Source: an uncultured Candidatus Saccharibacteria bacterium
Lineage (GTDB): Bacteria; Patescibacteriota; Minisyncoccia; UBA11713; 2-01-FULL-45-33
Assembly (NCBI GenBank): GCA_964367075.1
Contig: CAYIWH010000001.1
Span: 1-58,628 of the forward strand
Length of the DNA stretch: 58,628 bases
Direction of reading: 5' to 3'
Part shown: positions 9,293-17,668 of the stretch, one piece after another
How the letters are laid out: every line of letters starts with the position of its first letter
How positions within the stretch are numbered: position 1 is the stretch's first letter
Program-made: the position numbers and the translations under genes
The notes under the pieces: model-generated
The model's database searches: none
Told to the model about the DNA's origin: nothing
Seen by the model: the letters and a program-made list of their open reading frames with translations, nothing else

Positions 9293-9970
9293 ATGACATT
9301 ATTTAACAGGGGTTTTTCATCAAAATTTAAACGCATTTCACTATGGGCAGGCATTACTGTTGTTGTTGTTGGTTCAGTCGTACTCATGGCATATATTGCC
9401 ACAAAACCTGCGAATTTGACCGCGGCGTCATTGGTAAATCCCAATGTTACTCACGAATGGTTTACTGGACCAGAAAATGCAAAAATTACGCTCGTAGAAT
9501 ACAGCGATTTTCAGTGTCCGGCATGTGGCGCGTACTATCCTTTAATTAAGCAGATCAGCGAAGAATACAAATCTAACGTAAAATTTGTGTATCGTCATTT
9601 TCCGTTGCGGAGGATCCATAAAAATACCGATATTACGGCAAACGCGTCCGAGGCAGCTGGCGTGCAAGGAAAATTTTGGGAAATGCACAGTATGATTTTT
9701 GAACACCAGCAAGATTGGGCTGAAAAATCAAATGCCGAAGAAATTATGATAGGATACGCAAAAACATTGTCACTTGATCCTGTCCGATTTAAAAATGATT
9801 TAAATTCGCAGGAAGTAAAAGATATTGTAGAGGCAGATTATCAAAGTGGTATTAAGTCGCAGGTTGATAGCACACCAACATTTTTTCTCAATGGTCAGAA
9901 AATTCAAAATCCAAAAAGTTTGGAAGAGTTTAAGAGTATAATTGATCAAGCCATTGCAAAAAATTCCTAA
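9293..9970 (+). CDS. DsbA-family thiol:disulfide oxidoreductase (membrane-anchored)
   Basis: N-terminal TM. VEYSDFQCPACGAYYP contains the CxxC motif, and there is a thioredoxin-like C-terminal part. Confidence 0.85.
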   Translation: MTLFNRGFSSKFKRISLWAGITVVVVGSVVLMAYIATKPANLTAASLVNPNVTHEWFTGPENAKITLVEYSDFQCPACGAYYPLIKQISEEYKSNVKFVYRHFPLRRIHKNTDITANASEAAGVQGKFWEMHSMIFEHQQDWAEKSNAEEIMIGYAKTLSLDPVRFKNDLNSQEVKDIVEADYQSGIKSQVDSTPTFFLNGQKIQNPKSLEEFKSIIDQAIAKNS

Positions 9971-10394
9971 ATGGATTCCATTTCTTTTTCTTTTGTTTTC
10001 TTTCGCGGGTTTTTTGGACGCGACATATTTGGCCTCAAAACATTATTTGGGTTCTCCTGTAACATGCAGTTTTTTAAAAGGCTGTGAAGAAGTAACTTCC
10101 AGCCAATATGCTGTTGTATTTGGTGTGTCCATTGCTGTGTTTGGCGCGCTTTATTATTTATTGCTTTTAATTTTAGCAATTATATATTTTGATACAAAAA
10201 ATATTCGCGTGCTTACAACGGCAGGATATATAACACTTCTCGGATTTATTTCCTCCATGTTTTTAGTTTATTTGCAAGTATTTGTGATTCGCGCGCTTTG
10301 TTTGTATTGTATGATGTCGGCTATGATTTCAACAATTCTCTTTATATTGGGGTTTTTTGTTATCCACATATCCAGACAATTGAACAAGGAGTAA
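9942..10394 (+). CDS. Vitamin K epoxide reductase (VKOR) family protein
   Basis: Four TM segments. CSFLKGC is a loop cysteine pair and LCLYCM is a CxxC in a TM helix. The start is uncertain (TTG 9942 or TTG 9954), and it overlaps the dsbA end. Confidence 0.78.
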   Translation: MIKPLQKIPKWIPFLFLLFSFAGFLDATYLASKHYLGSPVTCSFLKGCEEVTSSQYAVVFGVSIAVFGALYYLLLLILAIIYFDTKNIRVLTTAGYITLLGFISSMFLVYLQVFVIRALCLYCMMSAMISTILFILGFFVIHISRQLNKE

Positions 10395-10417
10395 AATAAA
10401 AGTATAATAATATCTAT

Positions 10418-10918
10418 ATGATTACATCACAAAAAGTGTCGTTGTTTTTGCTTCGTATTGCTGTTGGGTGGCTTATGTTTTATGCCGGTATTACAAAAAT
10501 TGTTATGTATTCCGTGGAAAAAGGTTGGTACAACCCGCAATTTTCAGCGGCATTTTATTTGAAGGGGGCTAAATTATTTACAGCTTTTTATCAATCGCTT
10601 TTAAGTCCAGATATATTGCCAACAGTAAGTTTTATAAATAAATGGGGACTTACTTTACTGGGTGTATCGCTTATTTTAGGTGTATTTGTCCGTTTTAGTT
10701 CAGTACTCGGTACAATATTAATGCTTTTATATTATTTTCCTCTCGGGTTTCCATATCCAAACACGCACTCATTTATTGTAGACGAACATATTATTTACGC
10801 GCTTGTGCTTTTGGTGCTCGCAAGTTTTCGAGCAGGGCGCGTATGGGGGTTGGAAAATTGGTGTTCCAATTTGCCTATTTGTTCAAAGATTCCAAAATAT
10901 CGCAGTTGGTTGGGATAG
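10418..10918 (+). CDS. DoxX-family membrane protein
   Basis: LLRIAVGWLMFYAGITKI plus four TM segments. Confidence 0.78.
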   Translation: MITSQKVSLFLLRIAVGWLMFYAGITKIVMYSVEKGWYNPQFSAAFYLKGAKLFTAFYQSLLSPDILPTVSFINKWGLTLLGVSLILGVFVRFSSVLGTILMLLYYFPLGFPYPNTHSFIVDEHIIYALVLLVLASFRAGRVWGLENWCSNLPICSKIPKYRSWLG

Positions 10919-10928
10919 ACTCTCTGAA

Positions 10929-11585
10929 TCACAAAACTTGAGCATCTTCAATTTTAAAGTCTCCGATTTTTGTGCGGCGGAGATTTTTTGTTGTGGCAGG
11001 GTATCCAAGACGCCGGCCGATTTCTTCGGCGATTGAACGAATATAAGTACCGCTTGCGACTTCAAGTTCGATAGAAATAATTAAGGAGTTTTTCGGGTTC
11101 GTGCATAGACTTGAATTAATAAGTTTTATCCAAAAAATCTCCATTTCTTTACTTGGCGGCCGGACCGCCAAGTTGGTACGGGCATATTTATAAAGCGGTT
11201 TGCTGGCGATTTTGATTGCCGAGTATATTGGTACGGGCAAAATTATTTTGCCAACCATGTTCTCAAGTACTTTATTAGTGTCATCCATAGAAACAGTTTC
11301 TACATTTTTTTGCGCAATAATTTTTCCTTCCATGTCTCCAGTGGTTGTTTGAATCCCCAAAAGCACTTCTGCTTCGTACACTTTTGGTAGTTTTAGAAAA
11401 TCGTTTAGTTTTTTAGTACCCTTGTCAATGCCAATAATCATGAGTCCCGACGCCAAAGGATCCAAAGTTCCAGCGTGACCCATTTTCTTTTTACCCAATT
11501 TTTTACGCAAAATTCGAATCACATCAAATGATGTAATGCCTTTCAGCTTGTCTATAAGTAAAATCCCAGATGAAGATATTTGCAT
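10929..11585 (-). CDS. truB: tRNA pseudouridine(55) synthase
   Basis: GILLIDKLKGITSFDV...GHAGTLDPLASGLMIIGI contains the catalytic Asp motif. Confidence 0.92.
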   Translation of the reverse strand: MQISSSGILLIDKLKGITSFDVIRILRKKLGKKKMGHAGTLDPLASGLMIIGIDKGTKKLNDFLKLPKVYEAEVLLGIQTTTGDMEGKIIAQKNVETVSMDDTNKVLENMVGKIILPVPIYSAIKIASKPLYKYARTNLAVRPPSKEMEIFWIKLINSSLCTNPKNSLIISIELEVASGTYIRSIAEEIGRRLGYPATTKNLRRTKIGDFKIEDAQVL

Positions 11586-11603
11586 AGAATTTATAGTACA
11601 AGT

Positions 11604-13178
11604 ATGCTTAATGATATGGAAGGCCTACCAAATGAAACAGATGTGCAATATACAAAACACAAACCACTAGAAGCGATTCCCGATTTGCTTACAGAACAAG
11701 AAAAAAAAGATTTAAATGTAGGAACTATTAGAAAAAAATGGGTGACATATTGGATTAAGCGCCTAGCAACAGAAACGAGTACTCTGCCTAATAATATAAG
11801 AGTAATTTTGGAACAGAAGAAGGATATGCAGCATATTGTTTTGAAGTTACGAGATGTTAATTCTTTGTTTGATTATGTAACAGATCGCATCATAGATCTT
11901 AAAAAGAAAGCTGGTATTTTAGAGATTGTTCTTGATACCACAGAAGATTCTGTAGTTACTGTAGAAGCAGACAATTTAGAACAAAATTTGCAAGATGCCG
12001 ATATCGCGAACTGTGCGATTGTTGAACACACACTGCCAAATGTTGCAAGCAAACAAGAAAAAAGAGATCTTGCCATGAATACATCGCAAAAGGGCTGGAC
12101 TAAATATTGGTTGAAACGCCTTGTCCCAGAAATAGATATTTTGCCTACGAATATCAGCAGAGCCGTAAGTACTTATTTAACAACAGGAAAAATCATAAAC
12201 ATCGCGACCCTTCCATCTTATATCAATAAAAGAATAAGCATTTTACAATTTCAAATACAAAAGCGGGAGAAAATGGCAAGACTTAAAAAAGAACTACGCA
12301 GAGTGGACGCGCGCGAAGACTTGCCAGAACATGAAAAAAAACAAAGAAAGGCCATTTCATATGACCATGAAGTCGAATCTTTGTTTGTGATAGAGCGTGG
12401 TAATAAAAAAATTTTTACAATAGGAGATATTATTGGTGATTTAGAATGGGGAATTAAATATTATCCAGACGAATCAGTGCCGTACGCCATTTGGCGCAAA
12501 ATTAGAAAACTTTCAGCATTAAAAGAGACGCGCACAGAATTAGAAGAAATTTTTAATATTGAAATATCACAGATGGAGAAAATTTCTTTGCCTACAACTG
12601 TATATAAGGTTAAAGATATCGAAGCGCATCTAGCTCATATAGGTATTCACGGAGTTGTTGCAGAGCGCATGATTCAAAGCGTATTGGTGCGCATTGCGTA
12701 CAATCATCCAGAATTAAATTTAAAAATTGAACATTCCAATGCTGTTGAGGACAGCGAACTTAAATACGATTTTAAAATTGTGATACCTATTAAAGCGCGC
12801 GGTGTAGCTATTGAGGGAAATAGTTTACCACGAGAAGATTATAAACAAGAAAAGAAACGAATAGGGATTCAATTTACCGTTACAAGAAAGCCCAGTAATA
12901 TTTCTAAAAAGCGCAAACAAGTAGAAGATGCAAAACAGCGACTTACAGATTTACCATACAGAAATTATATAAAAAGACAGGTTGACGATATTGTGTTAAT
13001 TTCTGTTTCGCTGAATTCCTACATAAATTGTTTTAGAAAATGGATTTCAGAAGGAAAGCCAAGTGGAGGCCCGGAACAATACTTAACATCAGAAGAAAAA
13101 GCGTATTTTTTGAAAACCGCATTAAATGGACTTGTTGATTTATCGGATGAAGAAATTGAAAAATTGGCTAATGAATAG
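11604..13178 (+). CDS. Hypothetical protein with an internally duplicated N-terminal module
   Basis: Two repeats (KKWVTYWIKRLATETSTLPNNI and KGWTKYWLKRLVPEIDILPTNI), a lysine-rich centre and no recognised domain. TATAGT lies 6 nt upstream of ATG 11604. Confidence 0.65.
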   Translation: MLNDMEGLPNETDVQYTKHKPLEAIPDLLTEQEKKDLNVGTIRKKWVTYWIKRLATETSTLPNNIRVILEQKKDMQHIVLKLRDVNSLFDYVTDRIIDLKKKAGILEIVLDTTEDSVVTVEADNLEQNLQDADIANCAIVEHTLPNVASKQEKRDLAMNTSQKGWTKYWLKRLVPEIDILPTNISRAVSTYLTTGKIINIATLPSYINKRISILQFQIQKREKMARLKKELRRVDAREDLPEHEKKQRKAISYDHEVESLFVIERGNKKIFTIGDIIGDLEWGIKYYPDESVPYAIWRKIRKLSALKETRTELEEIFNIEISQMEKISLPTTVYKVKDIEAHLAHIGIHGVVAERMIQSVLVRIAYNHPELNLKIEHSNAVEDSELKYDFKIVIPIKARGVAIEGNSLPREDYKQEKKRIGIQFTVTRKPSNISKKRKQVEDAKQRLTDLPYRNYIKRQVDDIVLISVSLNSYINCFRKWISEGKPSGGPEQYLTSEEKAYFLKTALNGLVDLSDEEIEKLANE

Positions 13179-13191
13179 CGTAGTCGTTTTT

Positions 13192-13803
13192 ATGTTTGGA
13201 TTTAATAAAGACGAGCTGAAAATTTTGAAGAAACTAAATTCACCTGTAAAGATACAGGATTTTTTGGAAAGTATTCCTTTCAATTTTGAAAAACATGGGA
13301 TTACGTTGATGTCGCCTAGAAAAGTTTTGCGAGAAAAAAAAGCGCATTGCATTGAAGGGGCGCTTTTTGCGGCAGCGGCTTTATGGGTAAATAGTAAAAG
13401 GCCACTTTTAATGGATTTGCGAGCGCTTGAGCATGATTTTGATCATGTAGTTGCGTTATTTAAAATAGATGGCCATTGGGGAGCGATTAGCAAAACCAAT
13501 CACGTTGTGCTCCGATACAGAGAGCCAATATATAAATCGCCGAGGGAGCTTGCAGTGTCATATTTTCATGAATATTTTTTGGATGACGGCAAAAAAACAA
13601 TGCGAGATTTTTCAAAACCATTTGATTTGAGAAAATATCAAAAACAAAACTGGACCACAGCAGAAGAAGATCTGTGGTTCATTGAGCGCGCGCTCAATAA
13701 ATCATCGCACGAACAAATCCTCACGCGCTCAATGCTTGCGCGCTTGCGCTCAGCAGATAAAATTGAAATTGCTGCTGGCAAACTAACTCAATGGAAAAAG
13801 TAG
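13192..13803 (+). CDS. Transglutaminase-like (papain-fold) superfamily protein
   Basis: AHCIEGALFAAAAL gives a candidate nucleophile Cys, and DHVVALFKIDGHWGAISKTNH a candidate His. The start could also be ATG 13171. Confidence 0.55.
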   Translation: MFGFNKDELKILKKLNSPVKIQDFLESIPFNFEKHGITLMSPRKVLREKKAHCIEGALFAAAALWVNSKRPLLMDLRALEHDFDHVVALFKIDGHWGAISKTNHVVLRYREPIYKSPRELAVSYFHEYFLDDGKKTMRDFSKPFDLRKYQKQNWTTAEEDLWFIERALNKSSHEQILTRSMLARLRSADKIEIAAGKLTQWKK

Positions 13804-13870
13804 AAACCAGCATTCGGCATACTATAAATATTAATATTTTGGTACTCAATTGTAATTCAGGATGCATTGG

Positions 13871-13899
13871 TTGACTTTTAATTTCAATGGGTGTATACT
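13871..13899 (+). promoter_or_regulatory. Sigma70-like promoter of the RRM gene, giving a 5' UTR of about 60 nt
   Basis: TTGACT, a 17-nt spacer ending in TG, then TATACT. Confidence 0.55.
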
Positions 13900-13965
13900 G
13901 GGAGTTATTGTGTAGTAGGAAGGTCTGCCTACAAAGCAATCATTATAAGGGTAAGCACAACGTTC

Positions 13966-14265
13966 ATGGCAAAAAAGCTTTATGTAGGAAGTCTTTCCTA
14001 TAGCACCGACGATGCCAGCTTGAAAAACTTTTTTTCAGGCGCAGGTACAGTTGAGAGCGCTTCAGTCGTTATGGATCGTATGACAGGTCGCTCACGCGGC
14101 TTTGGATTCGTGGAAATGTCCACAGATGAAGAGGCGGCTCACGCGGTTGAAATGTTCAACGGTCAAGATCTCGACGGACGCAAAATCATTGTCAACGAAG
14201 CACGTCCTATGACCGAACGCCCTCCTCGAAGGACAGGCGGCGGTTATGGAGGTCATCGCGGATAA
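13966..14265 (+). CDS. RRM-type glycine-rich RNA-binding protein
   Basis: RNP2 is LYVGSL and RNP1 is RGFGFVEM. The tail is RRTGGGYGGHRG. Confidence 0.9.
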   Translation: MAKKLYVGSLSYSTDDASLKNFFSGAGTVESASVVMDRMTGRSRGFGFVEMSTDEEAAHAVEMFNGQDLDGRKIIVNEARPMTERPPRRTGGGYGGHRG

Positions 14266-14284
14266 TTTTTGTAGCTATTTAAAA

Positions 14285-14322
14285 AGAAACAGTCTCGCTT
14301 AAATGCGGGACTGTTTCTTTTT
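14285..14322 (+). terminator. Rho-independent terminator
   Basis: AGAAACAGTC...GACTGTTTCT forms a 10-bp stem followed by TTTTAT. Confidence 0.75.
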
Positions 14323-14352
14323 ATGCTATTTTATACTACTATAGTAAGTATT

Positions 14353-14511
14353 ATGAAAAAAACTAAATTACTTATTGGGCTTGGAATTGCAATTATTTTA
14401 GTAGAAATGCTTGGTTTTACCGATTTTATAAAACAATATATTACAATCGCGCTTGCGCTGATTATGGTTGTTATTTCTGTTTGGCAGTATTCAGAATCAA
14501 AAGAGCAATAA
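14353..14511 (+). CDS. Small membrane protein
   Basis: MKKTKLLIGLGIAIILV... has two TM segments. TATAGT lies 7 nt upstream of the ATG. Confidence 0.45.
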   Translation: MKKTKLLIGLGIAIILVEMLGFTDFIKQYITIALALIMVVISVWQYSESKEQ

Positions 14512-14517
14512 TTTTTT

Positions 14518-15738
14518 ATGATTTCAGTAGATTATTTGATTATAGGAGGCGGGATAGCAGGGACTACTGCCGCTGAAACTCTTCGCGCCGGAGATTCAAT
14601 TGCTGTCATCGCAATTTTGGAACGAGAACTTAACTGTTTATATTCAAGAGTTTTAATTCCTCATTATCTTAACAATAAAATAAGTCGCGAAAAATTATTT
14701 TTAAGATCGATTGGTAATTACGAATCTCAAAACATCAGTCTTTATCTCAATACCACGGTAATTGGTATCGATTCTGCTCGAAATGAGGTATATGTTGTTT
14801 TCGGCGACAACAATCAAGCATCCCACGAAACGTTTTCATACAAAAAACTTTTGATTGCCTCTGGAGGCGCCCCAAAAGATATTCCAATTGGGTTTAATTT
14901 AGGAGATCAAGCGCAGATTTACAGAATGCAAACATTGCGCGACGCAGACAATATTAAAATGGCAATGAATAACGCAAAAACTAAAGATGTTTTAGTTTTG
15001 GGCGAAGGATTTATCGCGATGGAATTTATGGATGTATTTTTTACGAATGGATTTAAAGTGCATTCACTTTGCAGGGGTGGAATTTTTGGAGAGAAGAAAT
15101 TTGGTATAGTCGGCGCAAGATTGCTGGAAGATTATTATGCGCGCCACGGCATTCAGTTTTATAAGAATATTAAAGACGAAGAGACAGAGCATAAAGACAC
15201 GTGGCTTTCTGTGAACAATAAGCCGATAGAAATATCGCTTGTCGGCGCGAGTATTGGAATTAAGCGCAATATAGATATATTTACCGGTATTGATAAAAAT
15301 ATCGGCATTGTTTCAAACGAGTTTTTGGGAACATCGTGTCCAACAATTTGGTCCGCGGGCGATGTGGCTGAATACTACGATGTGATAAGCAAAAAACATC
15401 AAATAGTCGGCAATTGGAATAACGCATTTATGCAGGGGCATGTTGCCGCGCAGAACATGCTCGGACTTAAAACTCAATTTAAGGTTGTTCCCACATATAG
15501 TATTATAAATTTTGATTTAAATATTACATTTCTTGGTTGTGTTAATGATTATAATGATATTATTGAATTTGTTGGAACAGTTGTAGATCCATTTTTGTTT
15601 CGTGTATTGTTTAAAAATGATATAGTGCGCGGTGCTGTATTAATTAATAGATTTAATAAAAAAGCTCGTCTTGTTCAAATGATTGAACAAGGGGCGTGCA
15701 AAAATGATATTGAAAAAACATTTTATCAAGAATCTTAG
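14518..15738 (+). CDS. FAD/NAD(P)-dependent pyridine nucleotide-disulfide family oxidoreductase
   Basis: DYLIIGGGIAGTTAAE is a dinucleotide fold. There is a second Rossmann motif (VLVLGEGFIAME) and the GD motif WSAGDVAE. Confidence 0.8.
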   Translation: MISVDYLIIGGGIAGTTAAETLRAGDSIAVIAILERELNCLYSRVLIPHYLNNKISREKLFLRSIGNYESQNISLYLNTTVIGIDSARNEVYVVFGDNNQASHETFSYKKLLIASGGAPKDIPIGFNLGDQAQIYRMQTLRDADNIKMAMNNAKTKDVLVLGEGFIAMEFMDVFFTNGFKVHSLCRGGIFGEKKFGIVGARLLEDYYARHGIQFYKNIKDEETEHKDTWLSVNNKPIEISLVGASIGIKRNIDIFTGIDKNIGIVSNEFLGTSCPTIWSAGDVAEYYDVISKKHQIVGNWNNAFMQGHVAAQNMLGLKTQFKVVPTYSIINFDLNITFLGCVNDYNDIIEFVGTVVDPFLFRVLFKNDIVRGAVLINRFNKKARLVQMIEQGACKNDIEKTFYQES

Positions 15739-16906
15739 TATTGTTTGTATTTTTGTTGGCACAAGTATTGTGTTGTTTTTGCTGTTGCCAGACGATAATT
15801 TTCCACAAACTTCTATTTTAAATACTAATGGCGCCGCAGTGATATCAGATATAATAAACTTGCAATCCGAACCCAAGTCTGAACCAAAATCAGCGTTTAT
15901 GGAATCTCCAAAACCAATTCATATAAGCACCCCGCCTACTGTGAAAGCTATTTATATGACTAGTTGGGTTGCTGGAACCAAAGATTGGAGAACACAGCTT
16001 GCGGATTTTGTTTCAAAAACAGAATTGAATGCCATTGTAATTGATATCAAAGACTATAGCGGTTATGTGGCGTTTGATACGGGGGATGAATTTATTAAAT
16101 CAGTTGGCGCGGAAGAAATTCGCGTGGAAGATCTTAAAGAATTTATTGATTATTTACATAGTCGCGAAATTTATGTCATCGCGCGCATTACTGTTTTTCA
16201 AGACCCTGTATACGCTAAAAAGCATTTAGATCAAGCTGTTCAAAAAAAAGATGGCGCATTGTGGAAAGATCGCAAAGGACTTTCGTTTGTAGATCCTTCA
16301 TCGGCACAGCATCGCGAGTATATAGTGCGGATTTCGCGCGCCGCAGAACGAGTTGGATTTGATGAATTGAATTTTGACTATATTCGTTTTCCATCAGATG
16401 GCAATATGCAAGATATTTATTTTCCGCTCTCTGGTAATCGGCTCAAGGCGGATGTGCTTGAAGAATTTTTCCGCAACATTCGACAAGATCTTGCAGATAT
16501 TGGCATTCCGCTTTCAGCAGATCTTTTTGGAATGACGATGACGAATACAGATGATCTAAATATCGGCCAAGTTTTGGAACGTACTGCTCCTTATTTTGAT
16601 TATATTTCACCAATGGTGTATCCGTCGCATTATCCTTCCGGATGGAATAATTTTAAAAATCCAGCCGCAAATCCATATGAAGTCGTTCATATCGCGATGT
16701 CTGCTGGCGCCAAGCGCATGCTAGCCGCTAGCTCTACTCCTGCGAAACTTCGCCCGTGGCTTCAGGATTTTGATTTGGGCGCTGATTATGATGCCGCAAA
16801 AGTTCGCGCGCAGATCAAAGCTACGTATGATTCGGGACTTACTTCATGGATGATTTGGGATTCAAAAAACGAATATACCAGAAGCGCATACGAGTTAGAA
16901 AACTAG
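15704..16906 (+). CDS. DUF4015-type putative glycoside hydrolase (membrane-anchored)
   Basis: VKAIYMTSW...NAIVIDIKDYSG...ARITVFQD...FDELNFDYIRFP. ATG 15704 is preferred over TTG 15683. Confidence 0.72.
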   Translation: MILKKHFIKNLSIVCIFVGTSIVLFLLLPDDNFPQTSILNTNGAAVISDIINLQSEPKSEPKSAFMESPKPIHISTPPTVKAIYMTSWVAGTKDWRTQLADFVSKTELNAIVIDIKDYSGYVAFDTGDEFIKSVGAEEIRVEDLKEFIDYLHSREIYVIARITVFQDPVYAKKHLDQAVQKKDGALWKDRKGLSFVDPSSAQHREYIVRISRAAERVGFDELNFDYIRFPSDGNMQDIYFPLSGNRLKADVLEEFFRNIRQDLADIGIPLSADLFGMTMTNTDDLNIGQVLERTAPYFDYISPMVYPSHYPSGWNNFKNPAANPYEVVHIAMSAGAKRMLAASSTPAKLRPWLQDFDLGADYDAAKVRAQIKATYDSGLTSWMIWDSKNEYTRSAYELEN

Positions 16907-16962
16907 CTTGTGTATAATGATTGATTGACTGGCATTTGTAGTTTGATATCATTGTAGTATCT

Positions 16963-17664
16963 ATGTACAGCACAAATTTATTTGCCTCCGGAGGTAAAAC
17001 AAAATTCACGAAACAGCAAATTGTAGGTATTGTTGTGGTTTGTGTAATTATCGTCGGTTTTTTAGTAAGCAAATTTATTTTCCAGCCATCTTCGGCGGAA
17101 GTACAAGCAAAAGCAGCCGAGGTTATCAAACAAGGGGATATCGCAAAGTGCGATTCCTTTGACGGCAAGGTGATTGAGGGCGTTGATTATGGCGCTGTGT
17201 GTCGGAATAATATTTCCACAAATTTAGCAACACAAAACCTCGATCCATCTTACTGCGACAAGCTTGATGAAACAATGATGAGTGTTCTTGATTGCAAGCG
17301 CACGGTTGTTCAGGCTAAATTGCAAAAGACCGGAGATGTCACGATCTGTAATTTTTGGACCGATGAGTCCATGAAAGCAAATTGCGTGAATTTCTATTGG
17401 CGCAACAAGGCAATACAGTCAAATGATGTTGCGTTTTGTCGCAACTCAACTGATGACAATGCCAACTCTTTTTGCGTTGGTGACGTCCTTATTGGGCAAT
17501 TAATAAGCAACCCTCGCAGTACTCGGTGCGCCAATTTCCCGACATCAATGAGGAGCGACTGTACAGCATACCAAGATGCACAGCGAAAGCCGACGACAAT
17601 ATCAAATCAGTGTATCTACACACACCCGATGTTTATTAATCGTTTTTGCACGGTGACGTTCTAA
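16963..17664 (+). CDS. Membrane-anchored cysteine-rich hypothetical protein
   Basis: One TM, then about 16 Cys in a loosely periodic pattern. Confidence 0.6.
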   Translation: MYSTNLFASGGKTKFTKQQIVGIVVVCVIIVGFLVSKFIFQPSSAEVQAKAAEVIKQGDIAKCDSFDGKVIEGVDYGAVCRNNISTNLATQNLDPSYCDKLDETMMSVLDCKRTVVQAKLQKTGDVTICNFWTDESMKANCVNFYWRNKAIQSNDVAFCRNSTDDNANSFCVGDVLIGQLISNPRSTRCANFPTSMRSDCTAYQDAQRKPTTISNQCIYTHPMFINRFCTVTF

Positions 17665-17668
17665 TGCC

